Positions 1 to 12,056 of a stretch of 64,000 bases of DNA are shown in pieces. Source of the stretch: Octopus vulgaris (Eukaryota). Each line of letters begins with the position of its first letter. Position 1 is the first letter of the stretch. Position numbers and translations under genes: made by a program. The notes under the pieces are model-generated. The model saw only the letters and a list, made by a program, of their open reading frames with translations, was not told the origin of the DNA and did not search any database. Location of the stretch: assembly GCA_951406725.2 (NCBI GenBank), contig OX597820.1:7874001-7938000 (forward strand). Reading direction: 5' to 3'.

Positions 1-85
1 ACAGTGTTTAATCAAATGAAGTAGCATGAAACGATTGTACTACTCTACCTTGGATATCCTTGTTGCTTATTTTGATTATATATAC
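1..85. repeat. Dispersed repeat end, second copy at ~33374-33450
   Basis: ACAGTGTTTAAT.AAATGA.GTAGCATGAAAC.ATTGTACTACTCTACCTTGGATATCCTTGTTGCTTATTTT occurs at both sites, and both run into TA dinucleotides. Confidence 0.85.
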
Positions 86-151
86 TGAAACTAGGTAAAT
101 AGATTCTTCGAACAGGGACAGTCAGCAGCGACACCTGCTGGATCTGACTAC

Positions 152-194
152 GCTTCATTGATAAAGGGCAAATACCCTGAAACATGTCTGCAGC
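152..194 (+). ncRNA. Degenerate minimal type I hammerhead-like motif
   Basis: GCTTCA-TTGATAA-AGGG(CAAATA)CCCT-GAAAC-AT-GTC-TGCAGC. Helices I and II and the GUC site are present. The core reads UUGAUAA instead of CUGAUGA. Confidence 0.55.
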
Positions 195-457
195 TGTCTG
201 ACTGGCAGGATGAAGCAGCTGACCTCCCCTGTTCGAAGGTTTATAATGGACGCAGGTTGTGTGTCAAATAGCTAGCTTTAGGCGGTGGCCTCTTGGAGAT
301 AATCAGCGACAGCTTTAGTCTTATATTTATAAGACTGCCATATAAGTATTGCGATAACTATTAATTTCCAGTAACGCTGCCGTAATCACCTTTAGAGAGA
401 CTTAGTAATTTTAATATTTCTATTATATATATATATATATGTATGTATGTATGTATG

Positions 458-489
<32 letters not shown>

Positions 490-795
490 TGTATGTATGT
501 ATGTATGTATGTACCAGTGCGTGTATTTGTAAGTCCCTGTACAGGGAAACGTGGTAACAATCTCAGAAAATCTAAGTCTTAACAACAACAATAAAGGAAT
601 CCCAGGAATGGAAAAAGATGAAGGAGAAAAAATGAAGGAGAGCAAAAACCACAGCATTCGAGCTTTTGTTTAACGCACACATGCACACACTTAGACACGC
701 ATACACCTACACACATAAGCAGACGTATGCTCACATATACACCCTCCACATGTATACACACACATACACACACATATTTACGTACGTATATATAT

Positions 796-830
796 ATGTG
801 TGTGTGGTGTGTGTGTGTGTGTGTGTGTGT

Positions 831-871
<41 letters not shown>

Positions 872-1564
872 TGTGTGTGTGTGTGTGTCTGTGTGTGTGT
901 CTGTGTGTGTGTCTGTGTGTGTGTCTGTGTGTGTGTGTGTGTGTGTGTGTCTGTGTGTGTGTCTGTGTGTGTGTGTGTCTGTCTGTCTGTCTGTGTGTGT
1001 GTGTCTGTGTGTCTGTGTGTCTGCATGTGTGTGTTTGTGTGTGTGTCTGTGTCTGTGTTGTGTGTGTGTGTGTGTGTGTACCTCATGCATACGTAAATAC
1101 TATTGCGATAGATTTAATATTAAACAATCTGCCAAGAAAAATCCCCACCAGAGCAACAAAAGGTAAAAAAGAAAAGACAAAAACATCATTAGTAACAGCA
1201 CTACTGCAAAAATGATAAACATAGTGTTGTGAACCCTCTCCTTCACTCCATCTCTTGATAACACACGTCAATAACACACTCCACCCACGACCACCACCCG
1301 CATTTGCTTAAAATCTATCAATTGTACTAAAAAAAAAAGTAGCCATGTTGAAAATAACAGTAAATCATAACGAGATAAGTGTGATTCGAACTCGAGAACC
1401 AGTGATGTATTGGTGTGTATTATTTATATCAATGTTCAGATCGATAATATTGGTTTCGATATTTTATCTTGGAATGAATATTTTTTCTTGATTCCACGCT
1501 GGAAAGTAGTCTATCTTCGGACGATAAGAAATAAAAGAGAAATTCATAACATACGTCCAAATGT

Positions 1565-1614
<50 letters not shown>

Positions 1615-1654
1615 ATGTATAATTGTTTGCATTATGTATGTGTGTATATATGTG

Positions 1655-1721
<67 letters not shown>

Positions 1722-2024
1722 TTCATATATGTGTATGTATATACATATATTTATGTACATATATACGCATATATATATATATGTATGTATAGTTTGTAGT
1801 GATATACATGTGTGTGTGTGTGTGCGCGTGTGTATGTATGGATTTATGCATGTGTGTATGTAGAGTGAATGAAAGAAATCAATGAAAGAAGAAATTAGAG
1901 AAAGAGGTAAAAAAAAGCGAATGGAAAGAGATAGAATTTTGTTTTATTTCACATTTTCACTGAAATATATTTTACAAAATATTTTCATTTAACAAAATCC
2001 GTCCCACTTGTGAATTTATATACG

Positions 2025-2061
<37 letters not shown>

Positions 2062-2752
2062 GTACATATATGCCACGCAACCTTATACAATTTAACAGTT
2101 GACGCCGCCATCGCCATAGATACACATTATTGATAAACTTATCGACTGCCTCCCTAAACTGCTGAAGCTAAACTCCCAATAATATTTATCTTCTTGATTT
2201 ATAAGGGTTGCTGTTCTTGTTGTTATTGTTGTTGCGTGTTTGTTTTTGTGTGTGTGTATGTGTGTGTGTGTGTGTGTATGTGTGTGTGTGTGTGTGTCGG
2301 TGCTGTAGTTGTTGTTTGGGTGTGTTTAGCCCCCATAAGCAGATCTATCATTAAAATTGCTCAATCCTATTTCTTTACTACCCACAAGGGGCTAAACATA
2401 GAGGGGACAAACAAGGACAGACAAACGGATTAAGTCGATTATATCGACCCCAGTGCGTAACTGGTACTTACTTAATCGACCCCGAAAGGATGAAAAATTG
2501 CTCAATCCGTGGCCATACAATGTTTGCCGATTTGTATGTAAAAGATTCACAGGATTAATAGATCGCTCAGTTTAACAGCGCCACCTGGCATTTAAGTCCC
2601 TTCATTGCAAGGAGGAATGCCTCATCACAGTTGGTTGACTACCATAAGAAATACCAGCTAAATCTCCCTCATATTACACCCTACATTCCTAATGTAACTT
2701 TCAATAATGATTTAGTGTCTGTGTCTGTGTGTGTGTCTGTGTGTGTGTCTGT

Positions 2753-2789
<37 letters not shown>

Positions 2790-3467
2790 TGTGTGTCTGT
2801 GTGTGTGTCTGTGTGTGTGTGTGTGTGTGTCTGTGTGTGTGTGTGTGTGTCTGTGTGTGTGTGTCTGTGTGTGTGTGTTGTGTGTCTGCATGTGTGTGTT
2901 TGTGTGTGTGTGTGTGTCTGTGTGTGTGTGTGTGTGTGTGTGTACCTCATGCATACGTAAATACTATTGCGATAGATTTATAATATTAAACAATCTGCCA
3001 AGAAAAATCCCCACCAGAGCAACAAAAGGTAAAAAAGAAAAGACAAAAACATCATTAGTAACAGCACTACTGCAAAAATGATAAACATAGTGTTGTGAAC
3101 CCTCTCCTTCACTCCATCTCTTGATAACACACGTCAATAACACACTCCACCCACGACCACCACCCGCATTTGCTTAAAATCTATCAATTGTACTAAAAAA
3201 AAAAAGTAGCCATGTTGAAAATAACAGTAAATCATAACGAGATTTGGTTATGATTTTTAGCAAGCCAAGCATTCTCATAGAACAAGGCTGGGTAACACCT
3301 CGACCTCCGACAAACTTTCTCTCAAATTAAAATTTAAAATGTTCCACTCATGACCTTCACTCAGCACTTCAAACGACTACCTTCACTCAAAGCGTCACAC
3401 TTACGACGGTCACTCAGAACTCATATGATTCAAAACAGTTTAAGCTTCAAAACATACGTCCAAATGT

Positions 3468-3515
<48 letters not shown>

Positions 3516-3567
3516 ATGTATAATTGTTTGCATTATGTATGTGTGTATATATGTGCGTATATATATA

Positions 3568-3622
<55 letters not shown>

Positions 3623-3925
3623 TTCATATATGTGTATGTATATACATATATTTATGTACATATATACGCATATATATATATATGTATGTATAGTTTGTAG
3701 TGATATACATGTGTGTGTGTGTGTGCGCGTGTGTATGTATGGATTTATGCATGTGTGTATGTAGAGTGAATGAAAGAAATCAATGAAAGAAGAAATTAGA
3801 GAAAGAGGTAAAAAAAAGCGAATGGAAAGAGATAGAATTTTGTTTTATTTCACATTTTCACTGAAATATATTTTACAAAATATTTTCATTTAACAAAATC
3901 CGTCCCACTTGTGAATTTATATACG

Positions 3926-3962
<37 letters not shown>

Positions 3963-4185
3963 GTACATATATGCCACGCAACCTTATACAATTTAACAGT
4001 TGACGTACATATATGCCACGCAACCTTATACAATTTAACAGTTGACGCCGCCATCGCCATAGATACACATTATTGATAAACTTATCGACTGCCTCCCTAA
4101 ACTGCTGAAGCTAAACTCCCAATAATATTTATCTTCTTGATTTATAAGGGTTGCTGTTCTTGTTGTTATTGTTGTTGCGTGTTTG

Positions 4186-4229
<44 letters not shown>

Positions 4230-4660
4230 TGTGTGTGTGTGTCGGTGCTGTAGTTGTTGTTTGGGTGTGTTTAGCCCCCATAAGCAGATCTATCATTAAA
4301 ATTGCTCAATCCTATTTCTTTACTACCCACAAGGGGCTAAACATAGAGGGGACAAACAAGGACAGACAAACGGATTAAGTCGATTATATCGACCCCAGTG
4401 CGTAACTGGTACTTACTTAATCGACCCCGAAAGGATGAAAAATTGCTCAATCCGTGGCCATACAATGTTTGCCGATTTGTATGTAAAAGATTCACAGGAT
4501 TAATAGATCGCTCAGTTTAACAGCGCCACCTGGCATTTAAGTCCCTTCATTGCAAGGAGGAATGCCTCATCACAGTTGGTTGACTACCATAAGAAATACC
4601 AGCTAAATCTCCCTCATATTACACCCTACATTCCTAATGTAACTTTCAATAATGATTTAG
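796..4660. repeat. ~1.9 kb tandem duplication (copy 1 ~796-2714, copy 2 ~2715-4660)
   Basis: Near-identical blocks 1080-1374 vs 2943-3243 and 1550-2714 vs 3453-4660, each preceded by a (GT/GTCT)n array. Confidence 0.95.
2368..2493 (-). mobile_element. 5'-truncated SINE, family B (Nin/Deu-type central domain); duplicated at ~4314-4440
   Basis: Minus strand TTTCATCCTTTCGGGGTCGATTAAGTAAGTACCAG and tail TTTAGCCCCTTGTGGGTAGTAAAGAAATA. 15-bp TSD AAAATTGCTCAATCC at 2353-2367 and 2494-2508. Confidence 0.85.
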
Positions 4661-4719
4661 TCTAACACCGCTAACCAGGAAACGGAGACGGGATGATCAC
4701 GGCTAGAATGTCTTTACTT

Positions 4720-5105
4720 ACTTGTAGTTGTGGCGACATTCACCCTGGGTGGGTTGAGTCGGCTTATTCTACCACCCTCGAGGCATCTCGAAGAAGCTGG
4801 AAGAAGTTTCGTGGGAATATGTGGATTTCACAAGCGGTCCCCAACAATCCCGCATGTAGAGACATCCTGTTTGCCGCAGATTGTCCGCAGACGCAGGGAC
4901 AGAACAACCGAGGAGCCGCCGGTTGCCGAAACGGACACTCCGAGGATTTTCACCAGAGCCCCGTCTGCCGGGTTGTGGCCCTAATACCACTCGGTGTCAG
5001 ACCAATCCGCCTTGGGTGGCCCTACCAGGAACCGAAGTTCCCGACGGCATAGCTCTAACACTACCCGTTGCCAGCGTCCCCCACGACGGTGAGGAGGGGA
5101 TGGAC
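4720..5105 (-). mobile_element. Isolated 5' leader/UTR of an RTE-clade LINE
   Basis: GC-rich island. Minus strand GAGCTATGCCGTC...TAGGGCCACCCAAGGCGGATTGGTC resembles the BovB/RTE 5' motif GAGCTATGCCGTGCAGGGCCACCCAAGACGGACAGGTC, recalled from memory. Confidence 0.7.
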
Positions 5106-6593
5106 ATTAGCTACTGATCAACTCAAACAAGAACGAAAAGCAAAATTACTAAATTTAATGGTTGATGTCCAGCTCCTAAGTCTAATTGTAAACAACGAGA
5201 CGTAGATTCCTTCTCCATCCCAGTAACCAGTTGGGAAGATCGTCCAGAAACAAGGAGGTGCTACAAACAAACATGATCAATCGTCAAATATAAATAAAAC
5301 GTTATTGACGATTTGAGCCAGATTTTTAGTCTAAGAAACACGAAAGAAACAGGTGTACTTCTCGACCTCCCATCTCATTATAAAATGTTCTTCTTTACCA
5401 GCACTTCAAACTGATAGCCTTCACTCAGCGTGACGACGGTCACTCAGAACTCATTATAAAAACAGTTTAAATTAAACCAACAATATAGAGCAACCATTTC
5501 TATAAATTCCTTCCACCCTTCCTCAAATTTAAATTGTCTAATTACATCATTGTTGAGGTAAAGTATTTAAATAAATAACTCTGTGATCCCTAGCATACTC
5601 TAGTGTGGGGTTTTAAAAAAAAGTTTCATTTCTGGATAAACCCTGTGATAGCATTTTCAAAACCTTTTCTTTGCTGCTAAGTTTCATTATTACCATGATA
5701 GCTTGTACACTTTAAAATTTCTTTCACTTGCACCTCCACTTTACTTTTTTTTTGCTGCAATTTTGGCATGGCTCTTGGTAAAATAGAAATTTTTAATGTA
5801 ATTTTTTTTTTTAATAAATTTTTTGTTTTTTTTTTTTGATTTTTTTTTGTGAAATTATTTTAAGAAAATAATTTGACAAAAAATGTGAATTTTGTCCATC
5901 TATCTATTTGTTTATCTATCCAACTGTAAACATTTTAAATATTTCACTAACTTTTTGTTATAACTTGGCAAAAGGGCACATATTTTGCCAAAATTTGCTA
6001 AATTTGTTCCCACAGTCTTCTTTATCCACAACTAGAATCGTAAACTTTCTCTTGAAGATATTAAACACTGGTCAAAGCTGAGAGTCTGACGGAGACAGAT
6101 TTGGGAAGAAATATACAGTGTTTCAAGGTAACATCATTTGGTGACTTACAGACATGTGTAGTTTCTTTTTTAATCGGCTCATCTGCCCTCAATCACTCCG
6201 CACATGATTTTACGTCCTTGCAGTTGGCTCCAAACACTAAAATAACGAGCCACTCCACTTTATGGTAACTGTGGCTGACATTTTTAGAGTGATGTCTCCT
6301 AAATAAGTACACAAAAGTAATCTCGACATTGGTTTCAAATTTTAGTAGAAGGCAATTTCGGGCTCAGCGGAATTTGAACTTACCACATAAAGACGAAATG
6401 TTGCACAGGGATTTCTCCAGTGGCGTGTTAACGACTCTCCCACCTCGCCAACTTAAAAAGGTTGTCCTGATTAAAGCATTTTGCCCGACATGCTAACGGT
6501 TCGCCGCGTCAAATTGTTCGAGATATTGACATTAAGTTTGGGTCGTTAGTACTGTAATATGAATATTAAATTGATAATCATAGCGGCGATATA

Positions 6594-6626
<33 letters not shown>

Positions 6627-6629
<3 letters not shown>

Positions 6630-6816
6630 AGATCGTTAGCAACAATACGCATTTTCTCTTTCTGTGTTTCTCTTCTTGTTTTTTCTATGTCCCTTTCTGT
6701 AGAAGAGCGTAGGCTCGAAACGTAAAATACTTTTTCTATTCCTGAGCGTTATACTAATACATCTGTTTGTTTTGTACACCACCTGTCTTCGTCTTTTGTT
6801 TTTTTCCGTAAACTCT

Positions 6817-6820
<4 letters not shown>
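6627..6820 (+). mobile_element. Short Penelope-like terminal-repeat element, family P1, with variant hammerhead at 6694-6727
   Basis: (TA)n on both sides; TTT-CTGTAGA-A-GAGC-GTAG-GCTC-GAAA-CG-TA-AAA; homologous copies elsewhere in the window. Confidence 0.7.
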
Positions 6821-6859
<39 letters not shown>

Positions 6860-7159
6860 CTGTTGAAAGCCTTCAAAATTGTATAGGCCTCTAGAAAGCG
6901 AATACTGCACTTTAGAAGACTTTCAACAGTGTATATGCTTTGAGTGAGTATACAGATTACTATATATATTCAATAAGGGTTAAAATGTATGGATTACTGT
7001 TGGGTATGTATATGTATGAAGTGATGCGAAACTGATTCTAACTGATATTAAAATCTTGGAACTGCGTCACTTTTTTGCCATCCTATGGGGTCCGTTTGTT
7101 CGTCGTTCAGTCACTTATATTCATGCATACGAATATATACACTTATACGTATGTATAAA

Positions 7160-7345
7160 TATAACGGGAAGCTTTATGAAAATAAACAAAAGACGAAGGC
7201 AGGTGGAATACAAACAAACAATTGTATTAGTATGGCGTTCAGGAATATAAATAAAACAAGTCTTTTACGTTTCGAGCCTACGCTCTTCGACAGAAAGATA
7301 CACAGAAAAGAAACACGGAAAGAAACAGGAGAAAAAAAATGCGTG
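7160..7345 (-). mobile_element. Family P1 element, variant hammerhead at 7261-7298
   Basis: Minus strand TCTTT-CTGTCGA-A-GAGC-GTAG-GCTC-GAAA-CG-TA-AAAGA. Confidence 0.7.
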
Positions 7346-7352
7346 CAGAAGC

Positions 7353-7480
7353 TTGGCCTGCTCGCTTAGCCAGCGGGGTGGCGTCATTTGAAGGCTAAAA
7401 CAGTGCGAAGTGCATTGTGACCAGCGATGTGTAGCAACATCTGATAGCCTGGTCAGTCATGGTGATCAGTCATGGTGATA
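7353..7480 (+). mobile_element. SINE 3' tail fragment (tail type 2)
   Basis: TTGGCCTGCTCGCTTAGCCAGCGGGGTGGCGTC...GATAGCCTGGTC, homologous to the tail of the SINE at 8215-8526. Confidence 0.8.
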
Positions 7481-7503
7481 TATATATATATATATATATA
7501 TAT

Positions 7504-7851
7504 ACATTATTGGTGAATTGAAGAAATGGAGCTGAACGCAGATTGAACAGAAATCGTTTTATTTCATTCTACACGTGTTTCGAAAGGCACAAATTACCAA
7601 AATCCGATTGAATAATGGGACCATATTGTGTCTTTCTCTTCAGGAAGAAAATAGGAAATCCGTTGGAAAAACAAAAACAGAAACAGAACCAACGGATTTC
7701 CTATTTTCTTCCTGAAGAGAAAGACACAATATGGTCCCATTATTCAATCGGATTTTGGTAATTTGTGCCTTTCGAAACACGTGTAGAATGAAATAAAACG
7801 ATTTCTGTTCAATCTGCGTTCAGCTCCATTTCTTCAATTCACCAATAATGT
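7504..7851. repeat. Perfect 163-bp inverted repeat with 22-nt spacer (Penelope-like inverted terminal structure)
   Basis: Arm 7504-7666 is the reverse complement of 7689-7851, with no mismatch seen by eye. It begins directly after a (TA)n run. Confidence 0.95.
7702..7795 (+). ncRNA. Canonical minimal type I hammerhead ribozyme (mirror copy on the minus strand at ~7560-7653)
   Basis: CTGAAGA at 7712-7718; helix II GAAAGACACAA/TTGTGCCTTTC (10 of 11 pairs); GAAA 7774-7777; C-ACGT-G palindromic helix III; GUA site 7783-7785; helix I TATTTTCTTC/GAATGAAATA (9 of 10 pairs). Confidence 0.85.
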
Positions 7852-8001
7852 TTTAATTTCAATTATCCGCACCAACGCACGGTTGCAACACCATATGGTT
7901 GTACCTCCAACCGTGCTGTTTACTGCTGTGATTTTTGCTACTAAGGTATCGGTTAAACTTTTGATTAATCTACTACAAGATTATTCATCTTTCTATTTCA
8001 C

Positions 8002-8095
<94 letters not shown>

Positions 8096-8179
8096 TGTGT
8101 GTGTGAATATACAGATATATAGGTGTGCGTGTGTGTGTGTGTATGTATTGTATATATGTATATGTATATATGTGTGCCC

Positions 8180-8214
<35 letters not shown>

Positions 8215-8216
<2 letters not shown>

Positions 8217-8523
8217 ATCGTGATCACCGTGACCGACCAGGCTATCAGATGTTGCTACACATCGCTGGTCACAATGCGCTTCGCATTGTTTTAGCTTTCA
8301 AATTACGCCACCCTACTGGCTAAGTGAGCAGGCCAACAGAAGAAAGAGTGAGAGAAAGTTGTGGCGAAAGAGTACATCAGGGATCGCCACCACCCACTGC
8401 CAGAGCCTCGTGGAGCTTTTAAGTGTTTTCGCTCAATAAAAACTCACAAGGCCCGGTCTGGGAATCAAAACCGCGATCCTACAACCGCGAGTCCGCTGCC
8501 CTAACCACTGGGCCATTGCGCCT

Positions 8524-8526
<3 letters not shown>
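8215..8526 (-). mobile_element. tRNA-derived SINE, family C head with tail type 2
   Basis: Minus strand GGAGGCGCAATGGCCCAGTGGTTAGGGCAGCGGACTCGCGG (A box) and GGTTTTGATTCCC (B box). Confidence 0.9.
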
Positions 8527-8579
<53 letters not shown>

Positions 8580-9056
8580 ACTTATATATATACATACATA
8601 CATACATACATACATACATACACACACACATACACACACACACACGCACGCGCGCATTAATATCCGGAATGATAGTGAATACAAGGAGACGTGGCAAATT
8701 ATGCAAAACCACTTTTCACATAAACACACACACACAGGTCTTACTACTATATAATTACATCATTGATTAACATAACTCACTAATTAAACACAATACATAC
8801 TAATTTATCTTATTTCACTTGAATTAAACTTCCATTCTAAATCACTCTTCAGATACTTCCGTGTCTGTCACCGCTCTGAAAACAATATCATATATACATA
8901 CTTAATACGTTATATATAAATAAATATACAAGTACATATACATATCTATATATACTTATATAAATATGTATGCATTCATACATATATATATGTATATATA
9001 TGTGTGTGTGTGTGCGTGTATATACTTTGATACTTTGATACTTTGATATAATCTAC

Positions 9057-9151
<95 letters not shown>

Positions 9152-9159
9152 ATATATAT

Positions 9160-9312
9160 AGTTGAAATTTACAGAAAGATAAAAGACGAGAACAGATGTA
9201 TAAACAACAAAGAGATATATTAGTTTAACTCGAGAAGATGAGGTGTGAGGTCTTTTACATTTCGGGCCTACGCTCTTCAACAGAAAGGAACACGAGGAAA
9301 TAAATGGACAGA

Positions 9313-9315
<3 letters not shown>
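9160..9315 (-). mobile_element. Diverged family P1 element, variant hammerhead at 9252-9287
   Basis: Minus strand CTTT-CTGTTGA-A-GAGC-GTAG-GCCC-GAAA-TG-TA-AAAG, between TA runs. Confidence 0.6.
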
Positions 9316-9383
<68 letters not shown>

Positions 9384-9429
9384 ATGTATGTATGTATGTA
9401 TATGAACTTTTGAATTTAGTTCAGAGACC

Positions 9430-9487
9430 CTCAGTACTACTTTGGTAGACCACCAGGGGTCCGTGGACCCCAGGTTGGGAACCGCTG
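9430..9487. mobile_element. hAT (Charlie-like) terminal fragment
   Basis: Reverse complement CAGCGGTTCCCAACCTGGGGTCCACGGACCCC is a typical Charlie TIR plus subterminal palindrome. Confidence 0.6.
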
Positions 9488-9744
9488 CTCCAGATAACGA
9501 AGCCTGAGACACAGAATTGTCATAGCCGGAACGTTTATGATCTGAGGTCAAAAGGGTTACAAATGATCTGCTCTTTATAAAACAATAACAACAACAATAA
9601 CAAACATAAAGAATACTGTAACCCTCTGCCTAATGTGTACCACAGTGGAATTGAACCGGAATTGATGCGCTTTAGAATCTAGTTTATTAACCCATGTCCA
9701 GCCTGACCGAACAATAGTAGTTTACAAAAAGTTAACTGCGTTCC

Positions 9745-10180
9745 AACCACATGGATCTGGGTTCGGTCCCGCTGCGTGGCACCTTGGGCGTCTTCTACTA
9801 TAGCCTCGGGTCGACCAACTCTAAACTTAACCCTTGTGAGTAAAATTGGTAGACGGAAACTAAAAGAAGCCCGTCGTACATGTGTGTGTTTATGTGTCTG
9901 TGTTTGTGCCCCCCCCCCCTCACATCGCTTGACAACCGATGTTGGTGTGTCTACGTCCCCGTAAATTGGCGGTTCGGCAAAATAGGCAGATAGAATAAGT
10001 ACTAGGCTTACAAAGAATAAGTCTTGGGATCGATTCGTTCGACTACAGGCACGGTTTTAGTCGAACAAATGAACCCCAGGACTTGTTTTTTTAGCCTAGT
10101 ATTCAGTCTCATTTACTAAACCACTAAGTTAGGGGGACGCAAATATACCAACACCGGTTGTCAAGCGATGAAGGGGACAC
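9745..10180. mobile_element. Two degenerate family A SINE pieces in opposite orientation
   Basis: 9745-10050 (+) and ~10050-10180 (-) align by eye to the copy at 28083-28500. Confidence 0.75.
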
Positions 10181-10221
10181 GCACGCGCGCACACACACAC
10201 ACACACACACATACACACACA

Positions 10222-10277
<56 letters not shown>

Positions 10278-10291
10278 TATATATATATATA

Positions 10292-10327
<36 letters not shown>

Positions 10328-10870
10328 CGTCGGCGTTTTATCGTGTGTCCGATAATTTATTTGGGTTCTCCTTGACCGCTTCTTCCCCTTTGTCCGTGTT
10401 TATGCCTCTGATGACTGAAGAGGCCGGTTCTTGCATCGAAGCATCTATTGCAAAGTTCACAAAGGGATCCGTGTTGGAGGCTTTGGTCGTTGCAGCCTCC
10501 GTTTTCTTTCTTACCATTCCTCTTTTTTCCTCTGTCGTTCAGCTTCAAGATGATCTGTCACAGTGGAGATGGAATGATGCCAGCCTGGCCTGTCCGGTGC
10601 TTCAATGTCCCAGGCTTTGGGATCGATTCCAGTCAGTTTTAGGCTTTTGCTTCAGCTGGTCTTGGTATTGATGGAGGGGACAGCTATGGAGACTTCTTCC
10701 GGTGGAAAGTTCACCATATAAAATTTGACGAGGAAGCCTGGTCTCTTTCAATCTTGCTACGTGGCCCACCCATCTCAGACGATGTTTCAGGGGGGTGGCC
10801 TCAATGTTGCTGGTTTTCGTTCTCTCCTAAACGGAGACAGTGGTCACATAGTCGTTCCATTTGATATTCA

Positions 10871-11283
10871 TAGGCGCAGGAGTGGCTGTGTTGTAATTAG
10901 CTTGCCTACCAACCACATGGTTCCGTGTTCAGTCCCACTGCGTGGCATCTTGGGCAAGTGTCTTCTGCTATAGCCCCGGGCCGACCAATGCCTTGTGAGT
11001 AGATTTGGTAGACGGAAACTGATAGAAGCCTGTCGTTTATAGGTATATATATATATATAAGTCTGTGTATATGTTTGTGTGTGTGTGTTTGTCCCCCTAG
11101 CATTGCTTGACAACCGATGCTGGTGTGTTTACGTCCCCGTCACTTAGCGGTTCGGCAAAAGAGACCGATAGAATAAGTACTGGACTTACAAAGAATAAGT
11201 CCCGGGGTCGATTTGTTCAACTAAAGGCGGTGCTCCAGCATGGCCGCAGTCAAATGACTGAAACAAGTAAAAGAGTAAAGAGT
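10871..11283 (+). mobile_element. SINE family A (tRNA head, CORE-like CTTGGGCAAGT, internal microsatellite) inserted in the RTE LINE
   Basis: GGCGCAGGAGTGGCTGTG...GGCGGTGCTCCAGCATGGCCGCAGTC...(GTAAAAGA)n. The LINE peptide EKFRSIL-NIKWNDYVT is continuous once it is removed. Confidence 0.92.
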
Positions 11284-11706
11284 ATAGAGCGGAACTTCTC
11301 TTGGTGAAATCGCTCTAGCTTTTTGACGTCACTTCGGTAAAGAGTCCGGGTTTCACAACTGTGGAGGATAATGGAGATCAGGACTGCGTGGTAGACGCTC
11401 AATTTTGTTTTGTGGTTCAGATATTCGTTCATAACGACCCTTTTCGCGAGTCCATCAAACGTGCTTTGAGTCGCTCTTAATCAGTTCTCCACATCCTTTT
11501 CCGATGTACACTTGTTCGAAAGCAAACTTCCTAAGTATGAAAGTGGTCGACTTTCTCCAGTAGAATCTCCGAGATGGTAATGTTGAGGTCTGGAGTTTCC
11601 CGACTTAGAACGGGTTGTTGCAGGATTTTTGTCTTTTTGATATTAACTTTTAGGCCAAACCGAATGCAAGCATTGATGAAGTTATTCGCCGATTGTTGAA
11701 GCTGTT

Positions 11707-12056
11707 GCTGTTGAGCGAACGGTCTTCGTCCCAGAGCTCGCAAGATGGGAGAAGTCCGAAACATTGTCCTTTGCTATTCGTAAGACCCGCAGAAGAGAAT
11801 GCAGGTGAAACCCCGACGGATGGATGAATGCGCATCCAGGCTCAGCGGTTACGTAGGAAGTCGGGGACAAGAAACAGGAAGAAAGAGTGAGAGAAAGTTG
11901 TAGCGGAAGAGTACAACAGGGGTCGCCACCACCCCCTGCCGGAGCCTCATGGAGCTTTAGGTGTTTTCGCTCAATAAACACACACAACGCCCGGTCTCGG
12001 AATCGAAACCGCGAGTCCGCTGCCCTAACCACTAGGCTAGGCCATTGCACCTCCAG
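11707..12056 (-). mobile_element. SINE family C with tail type 1, inserted in the RTE LINE
   Basis: tRNA-like head; 14-bp TSD TTGTTGAAGCTGTT at 11693-11706 and 12057-12070. Confidence 0.92.

Noticed and set aside
4693-5117. Overlapping GC-rich ORFs that look like a small gene
   Set aside because: Open frames in several phases follow from high GC; the region is better explained as an RTE 5' UTR.
6000-6310. Possible exons with AG/GT boundaries on either strand
   Set aside because: All frames tried contain stops; a non-coding exon cannot be excluded.
8440-8526. tRNA-like sequences with A and B boxes (also at 15988, 28083, 45094)
   Set aside because: They are SINE heads continuing into repeat bodies, several with TSDs, and no complete cloverleaf is evident.
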